From the NCBI RefSeq assembly GCF_009914755.1, contig NC_060933.1: a DNA stretch of 64,000 bases, one strand, 5' to 3'. The position numbers and the translations under genes were made by a program. The notes beneath the pieces were generated by a model, which did not search any database, was not told where the DNA came from, and worked only from the letters and a program-made list of their open reading frames with translations. Within the stretch, counting starts at the first letter, position 1, and every line of letters begins with the position of its first letter. Origin of the DNA: the human T2T-CHM13v2.0 reference genome, Homo sapiens. Below are positions 1-11,900 of this stretch, one piece after another.

Positions 1-497
1 ATGGAATGGAATGCAAAGGAAATTAATCAACCCGAGTGGAATGGCATGGAATGGAATGCAATGGATTGGAATGGAATGGAATCAACTCGAGTGGAAAGGA
101 ATGGAATGGAATGGAAATGAATGGAATGAACTCAACTCGAGTGGAATGGAATGGAATGGAATGGATTGGAATGGATTGCAATGGAATGAACTGGAATGGA
201 ATGGAATGGAATCAATCATGGAAGGGAATGTAATGGAGTGGAAAGAAGGGAATGGAATCAACCCGAGTGGAATGCAAGGCAATGGAATGGAATGGAAAGG
301 AATGGAATGCAATCAACTCGATTGCAATGGAATGGAATGGAATGGAATGGAATGGAGTTAACCGGAATAGAATGGAATGGAACGGAATGGAATGGAATGG
401 AAGGGAATGGAATCAACACGAGTGCAGGGGAATGGAATGGAATGGAATGCAATTGAATGGAATCATCCGGAATGGAATGGAATGGAATGGAATAAAC
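1..497 (+). repeat. HSat3 block, G-rich (GGAAT) strand on +
   Basis: GGAAT pentamers up to ...ggaatggaataaac at 497. Confidence 0.95.
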
Positions 498-509
498 CCA
501 TTCCGTTCC
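479..509. other. Inversion junction J1 (GGAAT->CATTC)
   Basis: ggaatggaatgg-aataaac-ccattccgttcc; exact reverse complement of the junction at 17088-17118. Confidence 0.92.
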
Positions 510-3500
510 ATTGTACTCGGGTTGATTCCATTCCATTGCATTCCATTCCATTCCATTCCATTCCATTCCATTCCATTCCATTCCATTCCGTTTCATTCCA
601 TTACATTCGGATTGATTCTATTCAACTCCCTTACTCTCCATTACATTCCATTCCATTCGGGTTGTTCCATTCCATTCCATTCCATTCCACTCCATTCCAT
701 TGCACTCGGGTTGATTCCATTCCATTCCATTCCATTCCATTCGATTCCATTCCATTCCAATTCTTTCCATTCCATTCTATTCCGTACCATGCCATTCCAT
801 TCCATACAATTCCATTCCATTCCATTCCACTCATTCCACTCCGTTCCGTTCCGTTCCGTTACGTTCCATTCCGTTCCGTTCCATTCCATTCCATTCCATT
901 CTATTCGGGTTAATTCCATTCCATTCCATTCGATTGCAATCGAGTTGATTCCATTCCATTCCATTCCATTCCATTCCATTCCATTCCATTCCTTTCCATT
1001 CCATTACGGATGATTCCATTCCATTGCATTCCATTCCATTCCATTCCCCTGTACTCGGGTTGATTCCATTCCATTCCATTCCAATCCATGGCATTCCACT
1101 CGTGTTGATTCCATTCTTTCCATTCCATTCAAGTTGAATCCATTCCATTGCATTCCATTCCATTCGATTCCATTCGATTGCACTCGGGTTGATTCCATTC
1201 CATTGCATTCCATTCCATTCGATTCCATTCCATTCCATTCCATTCCATTCCATTCCGTTCCATTCCATTCCATTACATTCGGATTGATTCTATTCAATTC
1301 CGTTACACTCCATTACATTCCATTCCATTCGGGTAGTTTCCATTCCATTCCATTCCATTCCTCTCCATTCCATTGCACTCGGGTTGATTCCATTCCATTC
1401 CATTCCATTCAATTCCATTCCGTTCCATTCCATTCCATTACATTCGGATTGATTCTATTCAACTCCCTTACTCTCCATTACATTCCATTCCATTCGGGTT
1501 GTTCCATTCCATTCCATTCCATTCCACTCCATTCCATTGCACTCGGGTTTATTCCATTCCATTCCATTCCATTCCATTCCATTCCGTTCCGTTCCATTCC
1601 ATTCCATTCCATTCTATTCGGGTTAATTCCATTCCATTCCATTCCATTCCATTCCAATCGAGTTGATTCCATTCCATTCCATTCCATTCCATTCCACTCC
1701 ATTCCAGTCCTTTCCATTCCATTCCACTCGGGTTGATTCCAATGTATTCCTTTCCATTCCATTCGGTTTGAAGGCATTCCATTCCATTCAATTCCATTCC
1801 ATTCCATTCCATTCCATTCCATTCCATTCCATTCCATTGTACTCGGGTTGATTCCATTCCATTCCATTCCATTCTATTCCATTCCGTTGCATTCCATTCC
1901 ATTACATTCGGACTGATTCTATTCAACTCTCTTACTCTCCATTCCATTCCATTCCATTCGGGTTGTTCCATTCCATTCCATTCCATTCCACTCCATTCCA
2001 TTGCACTCGTGTTGATTCCATTCCATTCCATTCCATACCATTCCATTCCATTCCATTCCATTCCATTCCGTTCCATTCCGTTCCATTCCATTCCATTCCA
2101 TTGCAATCGAGTTGATTCCATTCCATTCCATTCAATTCCGGATGATTCCATTCCATTGCCTTCAATTCCATTCCATTCCCCTGCACTCGGGTTGATTCCA
2201 TTCCATTCCATTCCATTCCATTCCATTCCATTCCATTCCATTTCATTCCATTCCATTTCGTTCCTTTCCATTCTATTCCGTACCATTCCATTCCATTCCA
2301 TTCCATTCCATTCCATTCCATTCCATTCCATGCCATTCCACTCGGGTTGATTCCATTCCTTTCCATTCCATTCGAGTTGAATCCATTCCAATCCATTCCA
2401 TTCCATTCGATTCAATTCCATTGCACACGGGTTCATTCCATTCCATTCCATTCCATTCCATTCCATTTCGTTCCATTCCATTCTACTCCGTACCATTCCA
2501 TTCCATTCCATTCCATTCCATTCCATTCCATTCCATTCCATTCCATTCCACTCCATGCCATTCCACTCGGGTTTATTCCATTCCTTTCCATTCCATTCGG
2601 GTTGAATCCATTCCATTCCATTCCATTCCATTCGATTCCATTACATTGCACTCGGGTTGATTCCATTCCATTCCATTCCATTCCATTCCATTCCATTTAG
2701 TTCCATTCCATTCTATTCCATACCATTCCATTCCATTCCATTCCATTCCACTCCATTCCATGCTATTCCTCTCGGGTTTATTCCATTCCTTTCCATTCCA
2801 TTCGGATTGAATCCATTCCTATCCATTCAATTCCATTCCACTCGATTCCATTACATTGCACTCGTGTTGTTTCCATTCCATTCCATTCCATTCCATTTCA
2901 TTCTATTCCATTCCATTCCATTCCATTCCATTCCATTCCATTCCATTCCATTCCATTCCATGCCATTCCACTCGGGTTGATTCCATTCCTTTCCATTCCA
3001 TTCGAGTTGAAACCATTCCATTCCATTCCATTCCATTCCATTCCATTCCAATCCATTGCACACGGGTTCATTCCATTCCATTCCATTCCATTCCATTCCA
3101 TTCCATTTCGTTCCATTCCATTCTATTCCGTAGCATTCCATTCCATTCCATTCCATTCGTTTCCATTCCATTCGGGTTGAATCCATTCCTTTCCATTCCA
3201 TTCCGTTCAATTCCATTCCATTGAACTCGGGTTGATTCCATTCCATTCCATGCCATTCCATTTCATTCCGTTCCATTCCATTCCATTACATTCGGATTGA
3301 TTCTTTTCAATTCCCTTACACTCCATTCCATTCCATTCCATTCGGGTAGTTTCCGTTCCATTCCATTCCATTCCACTCCATTGCATTGCACTCTGGTTGA
3401 TTGATTCCATTCCATTGCATTCCATTCCATTCCATTCCATTCCGGATGAATCCATTCCATTGCATTCCATTCCATTCCATTCCCCTGCACTCGGGTTGAT

Positions 3501-6500
3501 TCCATTCCATTCCATTCCGTTCCATTCCATTCCATTCCATTCCATTCTGTTCAGGTTAATTCCATTCCATTCCATTCCATTCCATTCCATTCCATTCCAT
3601 TCCATTCCATTCCATTCCATTGCAATCGAGTTGTTTCCATTGCATTCCATTCCATTCCATTCCATTGCATTCCATTGCATTCCATTCCCCTGCACTCAGT
3701 TTGATTCCATTCCATTCCATTCCATTCCATTCCATTCCATTCCATTCCGGATGATTCCATTCCATTGCCTTCCATTCCACTCCATTCCCCTGCACTCGGG
3801 TTGATTCCATTCCATTCCATTCCATTCCATTCCATTCCATTCCATTCCATTCCATTCCATTTCGTTCCATTCCACTCTATTCCATTCCATTCCATTCCAT
3901 TCCATTCCATTCCATTCCATTCCATTCCATTCTATTCGGGTTAATTTCATTCCATTCCATTCCATTCCATTCCATTCCATTCCATTCCATTCCATTCCAT
4001 TGAAATCGAGTTGATTCCATTTCATTCCATTCCATTCCATTCCATTCCATTCCATTCCGTTCCATTCCATTCCATTACATTCGGATTGATTGTATTCAAT
4101 TCCCTTAAACTCCATTACATTCCATTCCATTCGGGTTGTTTCCGTTCCATTACATTCCATTCCACTCCATTCCATTGCACTCAGGTTGATTCCATTCCAT
4201 TCCATTCCATTCCATTCCATTCCATTTCGTTCCATTCCATTCTATTCCGTACCATTCCATTCCATTCCATTCCATTCCATGCCATTCCACTCGGATTGAT
4301 TCCATTCCTTTCCATTCCATTCGGGTTGAATCCATTCCATTCTATTCCATTGCATTCCGTTCCATTCCATTCCCCTGCAATCGGGTGGATTCCATTTTAT
4401 TCAATTCCATTCCATTCATTCCATTCCATTCCATTCCATTTCGTTCCATTCCATTCTATTCCGTACCTTTCCATTCCGTTCCATTCCATTCCATTCCATG
4501 CCATGCCATTCCACTCGGGTTGATTCCATTCCTTTCCATTCCATTCTAGTTGAATCCATTCCATTGCATTCTATTCCATTCGATTCCATTCAATTGCACA
4601 CGGGTTCATTCTATTCCATTCCATTCCATTCCATTCCATTCCATTCCGTTCCATTCCATTCCATTTCGTTCCATTCCATTCTATTCCGTACCATTCCCTT
4701 CCATTCCATTCCATTCCCCTCCGTTCCATGCCATTCCACTCTGGTTTATTCCATTCCTTTCCATTCCATTCGGGTTGAATCCATTCCATTCCATTCCATT
4801 CCATTAAATTCCATTCCATTCCATTCCATGCCATTCCACTCGGGTTGATTCCATTCCTTTCCATTCCATTCGAGTTGAACCCATTCCATTCCATTCCATT
4901 CCATTCCATTGCTCACGGGTTCATTCCTTTCCATTCCATTCCATTCCATTCCATTTCGTTCCATTCCATTCTACTCCGTACCATTCCATTCCATTCCATT
5001 CCCTTCCATGCCATTTCACTCGGGATTATTCCTTTCCTTTCCATTCCATTCGGGTTGAATCCATTCCATTCCATTCCATTGCATTCCATTCCATTCCATT
5101 CCCCTGTAATCGGGTGGATTCCATTCTATTCCATTGCATTCCATTCCATTCCATTCCATTCCGTTCCATTTCGTTCCATTCCATTCTATTCCGTAACTTT
5201 CCATACCATTCCATTCCATTCCATTCCATGCCATTCCACTCGGGTTGATTCCATTGCTTTCCATTCCATTTGGGTTGAATCTAATCCATTCCATTCCATT
5301 CCATTCCATTCCATTCCATTGCACTAGGTTTGATTCCATTTCACTGCATTCCATTCCATTCCATTCCATTCCATTAAATTCCATTCCACTCGGGTTGATG
5401 CCATTCCTTTCCATTCCATTCGTGTTGAATCCATTCCATTCCATTCCATTACTTTCGATTCCATTCCATTGCACTCGGGTTGAACCCATTCCATTGGATT
5501 CCATTCCATTCCATTGCATTCCATTCCGTTCCATTCCATTCCATTACATTCGTATTGATTCTGTTCAATTCCCTTACACTCCATTCCATTCCATTCCATT
5601 CCATTCGGGTTGTTTCCATTCCATTCCATTCCATTCCACTCCATTCCATTGCAATCGGGTTGATTCCATTCCATTCCATTCCATTCCATTCCGTATGATT
5701 CCATTCCATTGCATTCCATTCCATTCCATTCCCCTGCACTCGGGTGGATTCCATTCTATTCCATTCCATTCCATTCCACTCTATTCCATTCCATTCCATT
5801 CCATTCCATTCCATTCCATTCCATTCCATTCCATTCTATTTCATTCTATTCGGGTTAATTTCATTCCATTCCATTCCATTCCATTCCATTCCGTTCCATT
5901 CCATTCCATTCCATTCCATTGAAATCGAGTTGATTCCATTTCATTCCATTCCATTCCATTCCATTCCATTCCATTCCATTGCATTTTATTCCGGTTAATT
6001 CCGTTCCATTCCATTCCATTCCATTCCCTTCCATTCCATTCCATTCCATTCTATTAGGGTTAATTCCATTCCATTCCATTCCATTACATTCCATTGCAAT
6101 CGAGTTGATTCCATTCCATTCCATTCCATTCCATTCTATTCCGGATGATTGCATTCCATTGCCTTCCATTCCATTCCATTCACCTACACTCGGGTTTATT
6201 CCATTCCATTCCTTTCCATTCCATTCCATTCCATTCCATTCCATTCCATTCTATTAGGGTTAATTCCATTCCATTCCATTCCATTACATTCCATTGCAAT
6301 CGAGTTGATTCCATTCCATTCGATTCCATTCCATTGCACACGGGTTCATTCCATTCCATTCCATTCCTTTCCATTCCATTCCATTGCACACGGGTTCATT
6401 CCATTCCATTCCATTCCATTACATTACATTCCATTTCGTTCCATTCCATTCTATTCCGTACCATTCCATTCCATTCCATTCCATTCCATTCCATTCCACT

Positions 6501-8891
6501 CCATTCCATGCCATTCCACTCGGGTTTATTCCATTCCTTTCCATTCCATTCGGGTTGAATCCATTCCATTCCATTCCATTCCATTCCATTCCATTCAATT
6601 CCATTACATAGCACTCGGGTTGATTCCATTGCATTCCATTCCATTCCATTGCATTCCATTCCATTCCATTCCATTCCATTGCATTCCATTCCATGCCGTT
6701 CCACTCGGGTTGATTCCATTCCTTTCCATTCCATTCGAGTTGAACCCATTCCATTCCATTCCATTCCATTCCATTCCATTCCATTCCATTCCATTCTATT
6801 CGGGTTAATTTCATTCCATTCCATTCCATTCCATTCCATTGCATTCCATTCCATTCCATTGAAATCGAGTTGATTCCATTTCATTCCATTCCATTCCATT
6901 CCATTCCATTCCATTCCATTGCATTCTATTCCGGTTAATTCCATTCCATTCCATTCCCTTCCATTCCATTCCATTCCATTCTATTAGGGTTAATTCCATT
7001 CCATTCCATTCCATTACATTCCATTGCAATCGAGTTGATTCCATTCCATTCGATTCCATTCCATTGCACACGGGTTCATTCCATTCCATTCCATTCCTTT
7101 CCATTCCATTCCATTGCACACGGGTTCATTCCATTCCATTCCATTCCATTACATTACATTACATTTCGTTCCATTCCATTCTATTCCGTACCATTCCATT
7201 CCATTCCATTCCATTCCATTCCATTCCATTCCACTCCATTCCATGCCATTCCACTCGGGTTTATTCCATTCCTTTCCATTCCATTCGGGTTGAATCCATT
7301 CCATTCCATTCCATTCCATTCCACTCCATTCAATTCCATTACATAGCACTCGGGTTGATTCCATTGCATTCCATTCCATTCCATTGCATTCCATTCCATT
7401 CCATTCCATTCCATTGCATTCCATTCCATGCCGTTCCACTCGGGTTGATTCCATTCCTTTCCATTCCATTCGAGTTGAACCCATTCCATTCCATTCCATT
7501 CCATTCCATTCCATTGCAATCGAATTGATTCCATTCCATTCTATTCCATTCCATTCCATTCCATTCCATTGCACTAGGTTTGATTCCATTCCACTGCATT
7601 CCATTCCATTCCATTCCATTCCATTCCATTCCGTTCCATTCCATTCCATTACATTCGGTTTGATTGTATTCAATTCCCTTACACTCCATTTCATTCCATT
7701 CCATTCAGGTTGTTTCCATTCCATTCCAATCCATTCCACTCCATTCCATTGCACTCGGGTTGATTGCATTCCATTCCATTCCATTCTACTCCATTTCGTT
7801 CCATTCCATTCTATTCGGTAGCATTCCATTCCATTCCATTCCAATCCATTCCATTCCATGCCATTCCACTTGGGTTGATTCCCTTCCTTTCCAATCCATT
7901 CGGGTTGAATCCATTCCATTCCATTCCATTCCATTCCATTCCATTCCTTTCAATTCCATTGCACACGGGTTGGTTCCATTCCATTCCTTTCCGTTCCATT
8001 CCGGATGACTCCATTCCATTGCATTCCATTCCATTCCATTCCCCTGCACTCGGGTTCATTACCTTCCATTCCATTTACTTCCATTCCATTCCATTCCATT
8101 CTATTCGGGTTAATTCCATTCCATTCCATTGCATTCCATTGCATTGCATTCCATTCCATTCCATTCCATGCCATTCCATTCCATTCCATTGCAATCGAGT
8201 TGATTCCATTCCATTCCATTCAATTCCGGATGATTCCATTCCATTGCCTTCAATTCCATTCCATTCCCCTGCACTCGGTTTGATTCCATTCCATTCCATT
8301 CCATTCCATTCCATTCCATTCCATTCCATTCCATTTCGTTCCATTCCATTCTATTCCGTACCATTCCATTCTATTCCATTCCATTCCATTCCACTCCACT
8401 CCATGCCATTCCACTCGGGTTTATTCCATTCCTTTCCATTCCATTCGTGTTGAATCCATTCCATTCCATTCCATTCCATTCGATTCCATTCAATTGCTCA
8501 CGTGTTCATTCCATTCCATTCCATTCCATTCCATTCCATTTCGTTCCATTCCATTCTCTTCCGTAGTATTCCATTCCATTCCATTCCACTCCATTCCATG
8601 CCATTCCACTCGGGTTTATTCCATTCCTTTCCATTCCATTCGGGTTGAATTCATTCCATTGCATTCCATTCCATTCCATTCAATTCCATTACATTGCACT
8701 CGGGTTGATTCCATTCCATTCCTTTCCATTTCAATCCATTCCCTTCCATTCCATTTCATTCCATTGCTTTCCATTCCATTCCATTCCATTCCATTCCATG
8801 CCATTCCACTCGGGTTGATTCCATTCCTTTCCATTCCATTCTAGTTGAACCCATTCCATTCCATTCCATTCCATTCCATTCCATTGCACAC
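498..8891 (-). repeat. HSat3 block, C-rich (CATTC) on + (GGAAT on -)
   Basis: CATTC pentamers from ccattccgttcc (498) to ccattgcacac (8891). Confidence 0.95.
5845..7515 (+). repeat. Local tandem duplication (~950-bp unit, then a ~720-bp copy lacking ~200 bp)
   Basis: gaaatcgag at 5921/6861; ctattagggttaat at 6051, 6251 and 6981; acatagcac at 6606/7341; ccatgccgtt at 6691/7426. The same structure recurs at ~59330-61040. Confidence 0.8.
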
Positions 8892-8910
8892 GGAATGGAA
8901 TGGAATGGAA
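8869..8910. other. Inversion junction J2 (CATTC->GGAAT)
   Basis: ttccattccattccatt-gcacacgg-aatggaatggaatggaa; identical to the junction at 62410-62451. Confidence 0.92.
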
Positions 8911-11900
8911 ACAACCCGAATGGAATGGAATGTATTGGAGTGTAAGGGAATTGAATACAATCAATCCGAATGTAATGGAATGGAATGGAACGGAATGGAA
9001 TGGAATGGAATGCAGCGGAATGGAATCAAACCTAGTGCAATGGAATGAAATGGAATGGAATGGAATGGAATGGAATGGAATGGAATGGAATGGATTGGAT
9101 TCAACCCAAATGGAATGGAAAGCAATGGAATCAACCCGAGTGGAATGGCATGGAATGGAATGGAATGGAATGGAATGGAATGGTACAGAATAGAATGGAA
9201 TGGAACGAAATGGAATGGAATGGAATGGAATGGAACGGAATGGAATGGAATCAACTCGATTGCAATGGAATGTAATGGAATGGAATGGAATGGAATTAAC
9301 GCGAATAGAATGGAATGGAATGTAATGGAACGGAATGGAATGGAATGGGATGGAATGGAATCAATCTGAGTGCAGGGGAATGCAATGGAATGGAATGCAA
9401 TGGAATGGAATGGAATGGAATGGAATGCAATGGAATCAACTAGATTGCAATGGGATGGAATGGAATGGAATGGAATGGAATGGAATGGAATGGAATGGAA
9501 TGGAATTAACCTGAAAAGAATGGAATGGAATGGAATGGAACGGAATGGAATGGAATGCAATGGAATGGGATCAACCCGAGTGCAGGGGAATGGAATGGAA
9601 TGGAATGCAATCTAATGGAATCAATCAACCCGAGTGCAATAGAATGCAGTGGAATGGAATGGAATGGAATGGAAAGTACCCGAATGGAATGGAATGTAAT
9701 GGAGTGTAAGGGAATTAAAAAGAATCAATCCGAATGTAATGGAATGGAATTGAAAGGAAAGGAATGGAAAGGAATGGAATGGAATAGAACGGAATGAAAT
9801 GGAATGGCATAGAATGGAATGGAATCAACCCGAGCGCAATGGAATGGAATGGAATGGAATGGAATGGATTCAACCCGAATGGAATGGAAAGGAATGGAAT
9901 AAACCCGAGTGAAATGGCATGGAAGGGAATGGAATGGAATGGAATGGTACGGAATAGAATGGAATGGAACGAAATGGAATGGAATGGAACGGAATGGAAT
10001 GGAATGGAATGGAATGAACCCGTGAGCAATGGAATGGAATGGAATGGAATGGAATGGAAGGGAATGGAATGGGTTCAATTCGAATGGAATGGAAAGGAAT
10101 GGAATCAACCCGAGTGCAATGGCATGGAATGGAATGGAATGGAATGGAATGGAATGGAATGGAATGGACTCAACCCGAATGGAATGGAAAGGAATGGAAT
10201 AAACCCGAGTGGAATGGCATGGAATGGAGTGGAATGGAATGGAATGGAATGGAATGGAATGGAATGGAATTAACCCTAATAGAATGGAATGGAATGGAAT
10301 GGAATGGAATGGAATGGAATGGAATGGAATGGAATGGAATTAACACGAATAGAATGGAATGGAATGGAATGGAATGGAATGGAATGGAATCAACTCGATT
10401 TCAATGGAATGGAATGGAATGGAATGGAATGGAATGGAATGGAAGGGAATGGAATGAAATTAACCCGAATAGAATGGAATGGAATGGAATGGAATGGAAT
10501 GGAATGGAATGGAATGGAATGGAATAGAATGGAATCCAACCGAGTGCAGTGGAATGGAATGGAATGGAATGCAATGGAATGGAATCATACGGAATGGAAT
10601 GGAATGGAATGGAATGGAATGAAATGGAATGGAATGCAATGGAATGGAATGGAATCAACCCGATTGCAATGGAATGGAGTGGAATGGAATGGAATGGAAT
10701 GGAAACAACCCGAATGGAATGGAATGTAATGGAGAGTAAGGGAATTGAATAGAATCAATACGAATGTAATGGAATGGAATGGAACGGAATGGAATGCAAT
10801 GGAATGGAATGGAATGCAATGGAATGGGATCAACCCGAGTGAAATGGAATGGAATCGAAAGGAATGGAATAGAATGGAATGGTTTCAACCCGAATGGAAT
10901 GGAAAGGAATGGAATCAACCCGAGTGGAATGGAATGGAATGGAATGGAATGGAATGGTATGGAATGGAATGGGTTCAACTCGAATGGAATGGAAAAGAAT
11001 GGAATCAACCCGAGTGGAATGGCATGGAATGGAATGGAATGGAATGGAATGGAATGGAATGGAATGGAATGGATTCAACACGAATGGAATGGAAGGGAAT
11101 GGAATAAACCCGAGTGGAATGGCATGGAATAGAGTGGAATGGAATTGAATGGAAGGGAATGGTACGGAATAGAATGGAATGGAACGAAATGGAATGGAAT
11201 GGAATGGAATGGAATGAACCCGTGTGCAATTGAATGGAATCGAATGGAATGGAATGCAATGGAATGGATTCAACTAGAATGGAATGGAAAGGAATGGAAT
11301 CAACCCGAGTGGAATGGCATGGAATGGAATGGAATGAAATGGAATGGAATGGAATGGAATGGAATGGAATGGTACGGAATAGAATGGAATGGAACGAAAT
11401 GGAATGGAATGGAATGGAATGGAACGGAATGGAATGGAATCAACTCGATTGCAATGGAATGTAATGGAATGGAATGGAATTAACGGGAATAGAATGGAAT
11501 GGAATGGAATGGAACGGAATGGAATGGAATGGGATGGAATGGAATCAATCTGAGTGCAGGGGAATGGAATGGAATGGAATGCAATGGAATGGAATGGAAT
11601 GGAATGGAATGCAATGGAATCAACTCGATTGCAATTGGATGGAATGGAATGGAATGGAATGGAATGGAATGGAAGGGAATGGAATGGAATGGAATTAACC
11701 TGAACAGAATGGAAAGGAATGGAATGGAATGGAACGGAATGGAATGGAATAGAATGGAATGGAATCAACCCGATTGCAATGGAATGGAGTGGAATGGAAT
11801 GGAATGGAATGGAAACAACCCGAATGGAATGGAATGTAATGGAGTGTAAGGGAATTGAATAGAATCAATACGAATGTAATGGAATGGAATGGAACGGAAT

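Larger units (their letters stand above)
1..1763 (+). repeat. Left arm of near-identical inverted repeat (partner 15829-17596); probably continues left of the window
   Basis: ORF pairs on opposite strands have a constant coordinate sum of 17597 (36..233+/17364..17561-, 82..312-/17285..17515+, 641..979-/16618..16956+, 1004..1297-/16300..16593+). The sum becomes 17592 near 1741. Only a few substitutions are seen by eye. Confidence 0.92.
1746..10455 (+). repeat. Copy 1 of ~53.5-kb-period direct repeat (visible overlap ~8.7 kb)
   Basis: Identical or near-identical ORF translations recur at offsets 53521 (1919/55440), 53491 (5016/58507), 53506 (6811/60317), 53541 (8845/62386) and 53546 (9525/63071). 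Confidence 0.93.

Noticed and set aside
252-1013. Chimeric ORFs switching from MEWNG to IPFHS (also 16584-17210, 8731-9048, 62272-62589)
   Set aside because: They simply read through the inversion junctions. They are useful as junction markers but are not evidence of a protein.
8647-8652. EcoRI site as a once-per-macro-unit marker (8647/62188)
   Set aside because: GAATTC also occurs at ~20174, 38529, 45446 and 54031.
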